Assembly: GCA_013239625.1 (NCBI GenBank)
Contig: MU054391.1
Location: 2,757,130-2,821,129, forward strand
From: Lama guanicoe
Taxonomy: Eukaryota
Direction of reading: 5' to 3'
Length of the DNA: 64,000 bases
The translations under genes were made by a program, and so were the position numbers. Shown piece after piece: positions 23,801 through 36,434 of the stretch. The notes below the pieces were generated by a model that did not search any database, was not told the origin of the DNA, and saw nothing but the letters and a program-made list of their open reading frames with translations. Numbering within the stretch: position 1 is the stretch's first letter; each line of letters starts with the position of its first letter.

Positions 23801-25527
23801 AAACTCCATGTGGCTGAAACGTAGCTCATTTTTCCCGAGTAGATAGCGGTCACGTGCATCTGCCTCTCTGAGGACTGAGCCCCGTCCCTGTGGAGAATGC
23901 TCTTGCATTTGTGACGTGGAGAGTTTAGGGGGGTTAGTTTGCGTCGGAAGCTAAATCTGCACCAGAAGATGAAAGGCGATGTTTCGCACGGACACATGAC
24001 CTGTTCTATTAAACCGCACCATTTTCCCCACCTCCAAGCAAGCTTTAGGCTGCTCTGAAATAAGCTGCTTCTCGAGGCCTTGAGGAGAGGTGGTTTCATA
24101 AGATTCAGTGATTGTACCTTAATTTACAGTAAGTAGTCATGCTGACGGTAACAACAGTAACACCCACCGCTTATCGAGCAGAACCTGGATGTTTTCACAT
24201 ACACGGTCTCCACTGGCCTCGTAAAAAGGGCAAGACAGCGGACCTTGATCAGTTAGGTGTGTGAACAACACAAATTTTAAAGTTTCTCCTAAGTCAGAAA
24301 TCTCTCTTTTACTTCTTCGGTTGTAACAGCCTGATCAGGACCACTTAAGTTAGCTTGCAGCATTAATCCAGTTTTCCCTAAGTCAGAAAGCATCGCTGTT
24401 TTTTGTTATTATTGTTACTTGATGTTACTCTGACTAATGACGTCTGCCCAGACTGTGTTTCTGTTCTCAGACATTGTAAATAGCCTCCACCCAACCCCAT
24501 GCTTCCGGGGACGCTGGGACCCTGAGGCTGCCTCGCCCAAGATCTTCAAGTGTCTTCCTCCATGTTTCTAATTTTCACTTTCCTCTCCCACGTCTTTCTG
24601 TCTTTAATTGAAAGAAACTGCTTTTTATCAGGACTAATGTTTTTCTGGACCATGTAATAAAGAAAAGTTTATATTGGAGAGATCGAAGGTTGTAGACTGA
24701 CCGGACAGCTCAGACTTCAGGGACCAAGTCCACGGCATTGGAATAATTTAAAAGGCAGGGATCCCAGCCCCAGGCGTTAGCACTGCAGGCTAATGGGAAA
24801 CAGACCTGCTTCGAAGCCATATTCCAGTAAAAGGAATCTGTCTGCAAGAGGCAGCTAAGTGGCAGCTGCTTTCAAGTGCGGGCAGTTTCGCGATCTGTCC
24901 TCGTGTCATCGGTCACTCTTCACCAATCTGGGTCACAGTTTCTGTAGGATTAAAAAAAAAAAAAAGGAGAGATGATACTTTTAGGTTACCTTTCAATTCT
25001 AAGGATCTGTGGAATCCCCAAAGCATAGCACATCACACATGGGGATTAACCCAAAATACAAATTTGCTCCTGTTTTTGCTGTGATGAGCGTGATCTCTTC
25101 CGCTTTCGAATGCGAGGTTTTAATGCAGGGCCCTTACAGAGCCAGAACTGCGTTCAGGGCCAGAGAACTCTCTGGAGCAGAAGCTGGAAGACAAAAATTA
25201 AAGGTTTAGGGGGTGTGAAAGCAATGCAAAGTTAGATACATTTCAGATGCAAAGAGTTGCTCTACTGAATGTAAAGGAAAAAACAAACAAACGTACAAAA
25301 ATGATCAAAGAAAACGGAGTTCCTCAGCAAGGCCCTCTGTCCACATGAACTCCCCTTCCTGGGCACTGGCCCAGCCTCTGCGCCGTGACTGAGCGTCGCC
25401 CTCCATCACGATGGGAAAACTCCTCCCACCAAAGCAAAAGACAGAGGAAATCTCGGCTGCAGGTGATCTCAGGTGTTGCCACAAGTGTGAGCAAAGCTTA
25501 CGAGACACATTCTTTTTCCTGTAATAT

Positions 25528-25735
25528 TTGTTTGTATTTATTTACTTTATTGAAGTGTAGTTAATTTTCAATGTTTGATAGTTTCTGGTGTACAGCAAAG
25601 TGATTCAGATACACACACACACACACACACATATATTCTTTTTCATGATGGATTATTAAAAGATATTGAATATAGTTCCCTGTGCTATACGGTAGGACCT
25701 TGTTGTTCATCTATTTTTATATATAGTAGTTTGTA
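25528..25735 (-). mobile_element. L1 3' end fragment
   Basis: ttattgaagtgtagtt...gaatatagttccctgtgctatac. Confidence 0.9.
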
Positions 25736-25987
25736 CACTTGTTTTTTAAGTTTTGTTTTTCTTTGGATTTTCAAATGTTGCTTTCACCCTGATCAAGGAA
25801 ACCTCATTTAGTCATTTTCCAGCACTGATTTTTCAAATGTCTCACATGGAAGTTAAATACATTTAGAGATCATGGCTACCACATTATTTATCAATATTAC
25901 AGTTGAGCCACAGATTTCTGTTCCAAACTAGATCATGATCACATTTTATACTCAAACCTCCCAATTTATGAAAAATTGGAGGAACTA

Positions 25988-26088
25988 ATTTTATTTTATT
26001 TTATTTTATTTATTTATTTATTTATTTTTATTTATTTATTTATTTATTTTATTTATTTTATTTTTTTTTTTTTTTTTTTTTTTATTTT
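25988..26088. repeat. (TTTTA/TTTA)n plus poly-T tract
   Basis: Directly visible. Confidence 0.95.
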
Positions 26089-27579
26089 GCAATTCACATG
26101 CATTTTTTAGGGTATGGGCTATTATACCTTTGATCCAAGCCTCAAGTTAAAGGTAAAAAAGCCTATAAAAGCCTGACAGCTTCTCTTGAGATATTTAAAG
26201 TAATATATGTTTCTTATATATTAGCATGTATTAAATAATTGAGATTTATAAATTTGTATGTGTCACATTTAATCTAGTAGATACTCTTACATATGTAATC
26301 AGATAGATCTGACTCACTGGAATAAAAAAGAATTTCACTCAAAACAAAGTTTTCCATATTGATCCTTATGAATCACTCAGTGGAAGCAAACAGATTGAAC
26401 CAACACATTGAACCAATACGGCTCTTACCAGGGACTGTATTTTTCTGGGCTTGTAGACATTCGCAGATATTCGACTGCAATGGTAAATCATTGCCTCACT
26501 TGCTTAAGGTTCCACTGAGATTTTCCAGATGTAGGAAGGAAGGAGAGAAAAAAGATACCAGGCAAGAGTCAAAAAAAGGCTTTATCAACTTAATCAGAAA
26601 TTGTTACTTTGGTAATGAGGGTTAGGACATTTTAGTGTCTGTTTATGTTAACTGTGTTAATTGACATTCAGGAGGGAGACTTTCTTCTTTTCTGTTACTT
26701 CTTAGGTTGAGGTGGGGGAGGTGAGCTCTGCATTTGCTATTCAGTCCGGGATCTCAGGGTCTCACTTCCCTGGGAGGCATCATTGTGATTCTGATGGAGA
26801 AGCTTACCTGGAAACAAAAGAGCAGGCTCCCCACCTGCAGTTCCAGCCGTCAGTCCGAATTCCTAATTCGGAAGAGTCTCTTAAGCTCCAAGTCAAGCCT
26901 TCTGCTTAGCGTGTAGAGGCAGTTTCTCCTCCTCTTCCCAGAGTTCAGAACAAAAAGCCAACGTTAGTAAATCGTATTATGCATTTCCGTTATAAAAGTA
27001 GCATACAGACATTGCTGAAAACTTACCCCTATATATAATATATATATACATACACGCACACTACTCACCACCCAGAGAAACCACTGCTGACATTGTAGTG
27101 CATCTCTGTCTTGATTCTTTTTCCCCACTTCTTTCCAGAAATACAACTTTATGTCCTACTTATTGACAAATAAACCACAAAAAGGCAATTTATTTTGGTA
27201 CAACTTTGTCACCTGCCTTTTCTCACTTAGCAGTACCAGACACTTCTAGGAGGGGGGTGGCAGGAACGGGGGCTACATGGCCGTCAGTCGGGGGCGGCCA
27301 GGCTTTCCAGAGGGGGTTTCTCAACTGTTGCTGAAGCCCAGGCTGTTCTGTGCAGCCTCGGGATCTGGCATCGGGGCCCCCTGCAGCGGGAGGGCCGAGG
27401 GGTGTCCTGAGTCTGAGCAAAGGGACCATCTGAACACTTCAGAAGGAAAACTAAGACCATTTGTGCTGCTCAGGATCCAAAACTCCACTTGGCTTTGGGG
27501 TCAGCCCTTCAGGTCCGAGCAGGAAGTGGGCCTGGCGACGGAGAGGGCCCCAGACAACCAGACTGCAGGGTCACAGGGG

Positions 27580-28150
27580 TTGCCTGTCCCACGCGGTCCC
27601 GGAGGCCAAGAAGGGGCGGCATGGCTCCCAGCCCTGCACCTCGGCCGGAGCTTAGGGCCCCCGAGGGCGCGCGCTTGTTGGCCTTTGGGGCTGGACCGAA
27701 GTCCTGCAGTCTGACCCCTCGGAGGCCCGCGCTGGGGAACGCTTGTGAGCAGCGGTCCGTTCGGCGCAGGCCCCGCCGCGCCCGGAGGAGTGAGCGCGTC
27801 CCAGCTGTTCGGCGGGGGAGGGGGCGGCCCGGCCGCCGGGACCCGGAGGAGCTCGCGGACGCGGGGGAGGAGGCTCGGCCCCGGAGGCCTGCGGGGGAGG
27901 CGGCGGGAGCGGGTGCGCGGGGGCGGGGGGGGCGGGGCCGCCACCCCCGGCCAGGCCGCCGGGCGCGGGCGCCGGCGAGCAGCTGGGCTGCAGCTCGGGG
28001 CGCAGGTGCTCGTCCTGATGCTCACGGGCACCTTCCTCAGAGGGGCCCCGAGGGGTCGTCGTGCAGCAGCCAAACCACGCAGACCAACCCGGAGCTGAGA
28101 ACCCTGCCGGTTTCCGCTCCTAATTGTGAAACACGTCGTTTTGCGCTGCT
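27580..28150. promoter_or_regulatory. CpG island / probable promoter
   Basis: Very high GC and CpG density, with multiple GGGCGG boxes at 27820-27970. Confidence 0.85.
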
Positions 28151-28606
28151 TGGTGCCAATTTACCTTGATGTCAACATCAGTAAGTTAAGAGAGATTTTT
28201 AAAAGTTCTTTAGTAACACGGATTTTCTTGATGCGCAAAACAAAACCGTTGAAATATCCGAAATGCTATACTTCGTTTAAGGAAGATCTAATTTTAAAGG
28301 ACGCATGACAAGAGCCAAGTTTTGTTCTTGTTCTCGCTTTTTTTATCTTGCTAATTTAAGGATAACTTTTTGACTCCTGTAGAGAAAAAGAACATTTACA
28401 AGTACTCACTTTTAATATTTAAATAAATGTTTCTTTTCCAACTTTGTTATTCTTCCATTTGACTTTTGTTTTTCACCCCCGGAGGACTTCCAGTTTTAAG
28501 AGGAAATGCAATTTTCACAGCAAAGTGATCAAGAAATTCTGGTTGTTTCTTATTATTTAAACCATTTCATGCATTTATTTATTCAGGAATACTACACCAC
28601 CAGATG

Positions 28607-28728
28607 TACGTGTGTGTCTAATGTGTATGTGCACGATGTACTGTGTGTGTGATGCAGCGTGTGTGTGTCATGCACTGTGTGTGATGCAGCGTGTGTGTGA
28701 CGTGGCACCTGTGTGTGATGCAGTGTGA
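28607..28728. repeat. Degenerate TG-rich minisatellite (gtgtgatgcagcgtgtgtgtg units)
   Basis: Three copies of gtgtgatgcag spaced ~32-34 bp apart. Confidence 0.8.
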
Positions 28729-29586
28729 GCATGTCTGCTGACAGAGTGGAGAACCAATCTCTCACTCCTCTCCCCCAGCCTTACACATTCTGGTACCAGG
28801 TGCCCTTTGGGATTTTCTGTTGCTGTCACGCTAAAAGGAATGGAAGCTCACAGTCACCTTAGCCAGCATATTTCTTTCCACCAACTCAGTCTCACAGAGC
28901 AGACTTGCCCCATCACGCACTGTGTGCTCTGCCACACCAAAGCTGTTTAATACTGTGTTAATAAATGTTTTGATGCAGAAGAGAGCCTTCCTCAAGGACG
29001 ACTGAATTCATAAAACACGGCAGACACCGGTCGTTATCTCGTCCCAAAATGTTCCCATACGATATTGTTTGATGCCAAAGTCCCCTCCCCCATCAGAAGC
29101 CTGAATACTTAGAAATGAGTTTGAGTGAAGTCATCATAGCATCACACTTATTTCCCTATTTGTCATCATTGGCCACATTCAGATCACTTTTCAGAGACTC
29201 AGGTTTAAGCTGTTTCAGATCTGCCTCTCTTAAAGCCTGTTTTAGGGGGTTAATCTCCCTGTCTATTGCTCGACACAGAATGAAGTCAACTTTTCAGCCA
29301 GCCATTTAAGTGCTAACAAAATATTCTAAGCAAAGGCTCTTCCTGCTTCCCGAGAGTAACTTCCACCCCAGCCAGGCAGGGCAGGAGAAAGTCCCTTAAA
29401 TACACCCGCTTGTCAGTTTCCCCTCCAAGCCAGTTCTTCAGCTCAGCCAAGGCGTGCTTGCCTGTCATTTCTCCCCTGAAAGTTTCCCTGGACTCCAGCA
29501 CAAGGACCTTTCGCTGCGCGGAATCAGCCTGGAACAGCAGCAAGGCTGCCGCAACCTGAACCTGCATTGTTGGTCTCCCCACCCAA

Positions 29587-32500
29587 ATGGGGAGCTCCCT
29601 GGGGAAAGTGATTATGTCTTCCCATGGTCAGCAATCCTTCTGTGTGTCTGCGCTCACGACTACGATGGTTTATGACAACACAAATCAGCAGGCACCGGAG
29701 GACAGTCGTGAGATATACATTCACACAGAAACAGGTAAAGAAAGTGTTTCAGACAGGAGTGAATCAAAAGCTATTGATTCACCAAATACGATAAAGATGG
29801 AGAAATGATCACTGGATTTAGCAATAAAAAGAACATTGATGGCGCAAGGAACTATATTCAGTATCTTGTAATAACTTTTAATGAAAAAGAATATGTATAT
29901 GTGCATGTCTGGGACACTGTGCTGTACACCAGAGATTGACACATTGTTACTGAATGTACTTCAATTAAAAAAAAAAAGAAGGACATTGATGACTTTGATT
30001 GAGAAGAACCATTTCTTTAGTGTGAGGCGGCAAGAAACTGACTTCAGTGATCCAAGCGGTAGTTGGAAGGGATGTGGAGTCAAGAGATTTTTTTTTTGAG
30101 GTAAGAGAAATAACAGCATGTTTGCATATGAATGGGATGATACAGAGGAGAGAAAAAGATGGATGATTTAATCAAAATATAATGATGTTCACAAGTAGAC
30201 AAATGAGCACGAAATCCAATTCCAAAGTGGATTCCCTTAGGGCTGTGGAGAGTTCACTCTTAGACTAAGAGTGAAGGCAAATGTTTAGTGTCCTGGATGT
30301 GCGTTGTGAGGCATGGGAACGCTCCTCTGGGTGCATCCTCCCTTGGTTCCCATGGGCACTGGTTCCAGGACCCGCCATCGGTACCAAAATCCACAGATGC
30401 TCAAGTCCCACAGTTGGTTCTTTTCTCCGTAGCCACGGTTCCACAAAAACAGACAAAATCAACCACACATCCTACAGCACTGTGCTTAGTACTGAAAAAA
30501 CATCTGCCTATAACTGGACCCATGCAGTTCAAAGTGCTGACCATATTTTCCTCAAAGATGCGGGGGCAAGACCAGCAGCTGAGGATGAGGAAAGACGAGG
30601 AAGTGTAGGAGGTCTGATGTGACAGAGGAGCGAGCTACTCACCCAGTAAAAGCAAGATCTAAGTAGTCAGGAGTACTGGAGGGCTGATGGGCAGCTGGAG
30701 AACTCGGTTGAATTTGATGGTCATGAGTAGAAAATTTAAGGGTGAGTTGATTTGTTATTTTGGTTCAGCTGATATATAAAGAGAATCAAAATAGCAGTGG
30801 TTTAAACCACACAGACATGGATTTTTCTACCACGTAATGCTCCAGGTAAGGAGTCCAGGGGTAGGATGGCCGAGTCACAGCGAGTCACGTTCTGCCCGGT
30901 ATTTTGCCATTTCAGTACACAGCGTCCACTGAGAGCCTCCGAGGGCTGCCTCCATCCCGTGAGGGGGAGATGCAGAGGCCCCTTCCTCCCTGCAAGTGCA
31001 GAGCAACACGCGACACACATCACACCTGGCGGCATCCACTGGCCAGCGTTTAGAGACACGGTCACTTCCAGCTCCATGGAGATCTTGAGGAAAATAGTCC
31101 TCAGCCAGGCAGCCAGGGGCCCAAATAACAATATAATTTCTGTGTAAAATGAGGAGAATGGATATTGGGAAACAATCAATAGGTGATGGCAAACCACAGG
31201 GAAAGGCAATATTTAAGAAAGGGAGGTTCTAGGGGCTACATTCTGTAATGTTAACCTAATAAAATTAGAAATAAATAATGTAAAAATCATAATTATTTTG
31301 AAATGAATAAACACTCCTTTACTTGAAATCAATTGAGGAACCGCAAGCTATCTAGAACGCAATGAAAAGATGACGACTTTACAGTAAAGCTCGTTAATCA
31401 CCGTAAAATTTTTATGAGAAAAAAATCTGTATCAGTAAATGCTTTCATTGTTAAAGAAGAAAGAAAGAGGAAGAGCAGGGGGAGGATCACTTTTAGATTT
31501 TAAGGAATTAGAAAAAGAATAAGAAAATAAACCAAAAGAAGTGGGAAGGAAAAAAAATGAATGAAAGTCAAGGTTGATATTAGCGACACATAAAAGAAAA
31601 ATAGAAAAACGTCATTCGAATGTTGATTCTTTGTAGAGAAAAATAAAACGGACAATCTCCTTCCGTCCGAGTAAGAAAAAAAGAGCAAAAATGAGCGACA
31701 TTAAAAATGAGAAAGGAGATGTAAGCAAGTCCTGGAAAAATGAAAAAAAATCGCAGAAAACAGCACACAGCTCTGTGACGAGCGATCTGTAACCCAAACG
31801 AAAGAAATATACGTTAGCAAAAGTGAATTAAGATGTGGAAATTTTGAACCCAAAAATTACCGTAGAAGAGATTGAGTAGATAATAAAAGTACACACTGAA
31901 ATAATCATCATAGAAATTAAACGTCTTAAACGTAAGCACATGCGTACAAGCACATTCACTGCGGCACTGTACTGATTTAAAAAAATCAGAAGCCAGAGTA
32001 AACGGAGGTACTGGCTCAATCCCTAGTCCCTCCATTAAAGATAAATAAAATTTTAAAAAATCGCTCTTCTGACTGTGCTGTGTTCCGTCTGAATTTACAC
32101 CTTTGTAAACGTGCATCTTTCACTGCTGAGCTGGTATCTGCAGTCCGGAGCCCGCCTCTGAAGTCCAGGTTTGTTTCTGGGCTCTGTGCTTGACATCTGT
32201 ACCAGGAGCACAAACGGGCAGGGTGTCCAAACCCGCTCCTCCCCGGCCTTTCTCAGGTCTGTGGAGTGCGTCGCAGGTTGGATCATGCCCTTCCCGAATT
32301 CATAGGCTGAAGGACAAACCCTCGGTGCCTCCTAATGAGACTGTGCTTGGAGATGGGGTCATCTTAGATGAGTTCAGTGTAGACGAAGGGAGCTTACACT
32401 GGAGCTAAGGGGACTCTAATCCTCTGTGATTGGTGTGCTTATAAGAGAGGGAGGTTGGGACACAGACACACACGGGGAGGAGACCGTGTGAGGACAAAGG

Positions 32501-35500
32501 CAGGGATCAGGTGATGCCGCCGAGGCAGGACGGCCAGTGCTTGCCTGCAACCACCAGAGGCTGGGGGACAGGGTTGGACAGGTCCCCCACGGGCTCAGAA
32601 GGAACCCACCCTGCCCACACTTTGATCTCGGACAACCAGCCTCCAGAGCCTGTAGAGAAGGCATTGCTGTAGTTGAAGCTGTGCAGCTGGAGGAAACCCA
32701 TGACAACTCCAACTTCCAGCTGCTCTAAGCCCCAAATCTCGCACCCACCTACATCCCAGCCCCATGCGGGGATGGGAGCACCTCTCACCCCTCCGCTGCT
32801 CCCAGCCCGGACCACCACTTCGAACCAGGCAATAACCCATTACCCAGTCCGCCCTCTCCTCTGTTTTATTCTTGGCAGTACCAAAATGACCTTTTTGAAA
32901 TATGCCTGAGGGCATCGGTACTCTCAAACTTCATGCATCCTTTCCCGTGCCCTTCAGGGTAAAGGCCAAAACTTTGTAACGGACAACATGGATTCACCCC
33001 GTCACCGTCCCGCTCACTGTTTCAGACGAGCAGCTCTGCCGTGAGCATCCCTGAGATGCTTGCACGTCGGGGCTCTGTGCTTGCCCTTTCCTCTGCCCCG
33101 AGCCCTCTCTCTCCATCCATCCCCCACAGCTAGTAGCTTCCCCCTCCTAAGGATCCTCATCGCTGGCTGCCTTTCTTCCTGGGAGAGTTTGCCCGTGTGC
33201 ACACGGCAGCCCCGCCGGCCGCATCCCTTCCTCCCTGGCCCTGCACTTGTCGCTCCCTCATTGTGTGTGTTGCCACCGGCCACCCAGCCCACGGCTGGCC
33301 CATGCCCTGCCTGCCTTCTCCACTGGCACCCGAGCGCTGGGAGGGGAGGTCCTTGCTCGGCTCGCTGCTGTGCTCTGACTTCCTGTTGGATGGAGGAGCG
33401 AGCAGTTAGGGGCTCACTCCCAGGTTGGGCTGCTAGACACTAACCATCCCCACCCAGGGCCTAGCGGATGAGCGCCCCAGTCTCCTCAAGCCAGCGCCAC
33501 CACAGCCTCCTTGGTACCGACTCTGAGGGTCTCGGGGGAGAAGTCGAAGAGTGAAGGGTCTTGGAATCGGCCTTCCCCGTGACTGTTCCCGGCACCCGGC
33601 ACAGCCGCCTGGAGAGCTAAGGTCAGAAGTAAAAACTGCAGCTTACGTTCTAAACTGAGAGATGCTCTACGTGCTGTAAAGGCAGCTTTTAAGAAGCTGA
33701 TCTATAGACCGTGTACAGTTCCATATTCTTCATCTGAAGTCAGCAGTTTCCAGAGCAATTTCCTTAATTATTTTCTCATGTTTGTTTGAGCCCAAATTGT
33801 AAAATTTGGCATTTTGCAATGACCCAGCCATGTCTATATTTCGTTTACTAGATTGCAAAAAAAAAGAACGGCCAGGAGAGGAACATTTTGGATTCCGCAT
33901 GCTATACGATGAAGTTTTAAAGGCAACTCTGTCACAACCCATCTTAGCCGAAATGTTTCCATGCTATGATTTTTCCAAACCCACTTGGTTTTCCCTGTCT
34001 TTTTAGATGAACCACAACCATTAATGGTGTTTAAAGAGATAATATCCAGGAAAACAGGCCATCCCATCCAGACGTCTATTTTTTCCCATTGAATTTAGTG
34101 GGATCATTTGCACTGAAAATAAACCATGATTTTTGTTATTGTTGTTTTATTTTATTTTTTATTGAAGTGTAGTTGATTTACAATATTAGCTTCCAATGTA
34201 CAGCAGAGCTACACACACACATATAAGTTTTTCAGATTCTTTTCCATTATAGCTTACGACAAGGTACTGAGTATAGTTCCCATGCTCCACAGCAGGGCCT
34301 TGCTGTTTATCTATTTTATGATAAACAGTAGGGCCTATTGTTATCTTAATGTTGTGTTATCAGAAGAAACAATCTTTGTCTGAACATTCTTGGAAGGGGG
34401 ACAGAATCAAGGGGATCTGGTGAGAAAGGGGCTGGGATTTCTGTCCCTGAGGTTTCTTGAGCCATCATCACGGTGTGAAGGTGACAATTTCCATCTCTCA
34501 AGAGCTGTCTCATTACTGCCCTCTTGGAGAGCCGCCGGCCTCAGCTCGGGGGCGAGGGGACACACAGATGTCCTCCGGTGTCGGAGGTGGCCTGTGGGCG
34601 CAGAAACACAGTCTAATTGAAAACTGGCTGCCTCCCAGAGAGGCCAGTTTCATTACGGCTTCTTAACTAACCAGAAAGGGCGAAGCCCCCAGGCCCGTTA
34701 TTTTATGGCTGGAATGGCTCCCTGGGTCTGCAGCTTCACACAGCCTTATTAATTTGCATCTTTTTCTAAAAATAAATGACTTTGGAGCCAAGCTCCAGTT
34801 ACTCACATTTAAAATAGCATAAGGAGTCAGGCTGAGATGTCAGTACAACACAACTCCAAAGTAGATTAATATTTAGTATCTTTATTTTTATGTCATCAGC
34901 TCATCATTAAGGTCATTCATAACAAAGGCTAATTTGTCTTCCCTGATACCTTTAGAACAACAGGGGTAGGAATTGGAGCTGATATAGGTCTTAAATATTT
35001 GCTCAGCTTATTTCTGGCCAAGATGCTACAAATAAGGCTCTGATTAAATCCAATAAATCACATGTATGATAATTATTAAAATATGCATACTGCATCATCA
35101 AAATTCGTGCTTAATATTAAAATATGCAGACGACTATCTTGTCTTTTGACTTTCGGCAAGATGGTTGTTAAAATCCTAGTCTAATTCCATGGAAATATGT
35201 CTTTGGGCCTCCTTAAAATGCCAAATAGTAAATTCTAACTTGAAATAGGCGTGAGATTTGATTGATGGCACACGGGTCCCCGTGGTGTGACGTGTAACGT
35301 TAGCAGGACAGACATGGGTGCCCATGAGTTCTCAGCTGCAAAGGGTGCTCTTCCAGTACTGCGTGAAGGTGCCCGTGGACAATGAGAACTCATAAGGCAG
35401 GTTTCCACTGAACTTCCCCCAACCTCAACCATAGGCATTTCATTTTATGTTTATTCCAGACCAGCGGAGAGAATTTCTCTTCTCAGTTCTTGGAGAAGAA

Positions 35501-36434
35501 ACATTAATTATGCTTCTTCTTACTTGGTTACTCCTGTGAAAGTAAAAGCAAAAGTTGATCTACTTGACCTGGATCCAGACAAACCCAGAATGGAGAGCTT
35601 ATGGTAGGAGCTTCCAAGACCAAAGTTGAAGTGTGACAAAAAATGTCTGCTGGCAATGATAAGATTTCCCCAATTTTAGCAAAAAGGCAAGATTTCCGTC
35701 TATGACAGTCATGAGATTATTACTAATCTTTTCAGGGATAGAGATAAAAATTTATACAACAGATGAGAAAAAGGGGAAAGGGAGGAGTTAAAGGGGAAAG
35801 AGCAGGAAAGAGCTTTTTTTCCCATCCATGCTAAATGCACAGTACAGAGTCCAGAAGAGACTCGAAAGTTTCATTGACCAATTACTTGGAATGTGTTTGA
35901 ATGGAACACTGATTAATTTAATGTTCTGTGGCATCAGGAGATTAATCAGAACTTGACTGATGTAAAATTTCTTGCTAAAAGTACACTTAACAACATGCAC
36001 CCACCACCTTAACCGAGAGGAATTGAAGTTCTGAACATCATTGCATCTTTTTCCAAAGACTGAGGACCATTCAGATCTCATTCTCTCATTCTGAAACTCA
36101 GGAGTTGTTTTCCAGGACCAGATATTTTGTTGCAGAAGATGAAAGGATGGTATAAAACCCTCCTCCTCTTCCCCACTTTTTTTTATTACAAAATGAGATA
36201 ACTTTACAGGTGGATTTAATCACAAAAAGATAATACAGGTTCTTTTCAAAACATCGGTCAAACACAGAAAAATTTAATTAGTAAAGTAAAAACCATCCAC
36301 GATTTTTCTCACCGGAGTTAACCAATGTTAACAATTTTGTGTGTCTCCTGAAAACCTTCTTTGATTTCTCCAGCCAACGTCCAGCTCATGATCTCCGTGT
36401 CCCAAGTCCAGATGCTGTGTCTACGCTTTCCTGA
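29587..36434 (+). CDS. Candidate small multi-exon gene or pseudogene, ~139 aa, unknown product (29587-29734, 34007-34073, 35460-35603, 36374-36434; possible defective exon 33852-33922)
   Basis: Lies downstream of a CpG island. Donors CAG|GTAAAG and ATG|GTAGGA. Pyrimidine-tract acceptors at 34006, 35459 and 36373. Phases join 1/1, 2/2, 2/2. The donor at 34074 (GTCTAT) is very weak. Confidence 0.35.
29844..29978 (+). mobile_element. Short L1 3' end with TSD
   Basis: ggaactatattcagtatcttg...A tail, flanked by aagaacattgatg / aaggacattgatg. Confidence 0.9.
30335..30540 (+). mobile_element. TcMar-Tigger non-autonomous element (MER8/Tigger2-like)
   Basis: tggttccaggaccc...taccaaaatccacagatgctcaagtccc...tggacccatgcagttcaaa. 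Confidence 0.8.
30775..31200 (-). mobile_element. Old ERVL-MaLR LTR (MLT1J/K-like)
   Basis: aaaatagcagtggtttaaac at the start and gagaatggatattggg at the end. Confidence 0.5.
31255..31920 (+). mobile_element. Ancient L1 ORF2 fragment
   Basis: A-rich, with motifs taaggaattagaaaaagaa...aaaccaaaagaagtgggaaggaa and attaaaaatgagaaaggagatgta. Confidence 0.75.
32002..32060 (+). mobile_element. 3' fragment of a Vic-1-like SINE
   Basis: gaggtactggctcaatccctagtccctccattaaa plus A tail, matching the copies at 5770 and 41707. Confidence 0.65.
32270..32700 (+). mobile_element. MaLR LTR (MLT1C-like)
   Basis: ctcagaaggaacccaccctgcccacactttgatctcggac...cctccagag. Confidence 0.85.
34130..34320 (-). mobile_element. 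L1 3' end fragment
   Basis: ttattgaagtgtagttgatttacaatatt...tatagttcccatgct. Confidence 0.88.

Noticed and set aside
27489..28169. Long overlapping ORFs (226 and 190 aa), and similar ones at 6.2-6.8 kb and 54.2-54.8 kb
   Set aside because: Arg/Gly/Pro/Ala-rich shadows of stop-poor CpG islands, with no recognisable domain.
1178..36434. Assigning gene symbols (e.g. LRRC63, TEX56, RUBCNL) to the candidate genes
   Set aside because: The spliced peptides did not match my recollection of those proteins; naming needs a database search.
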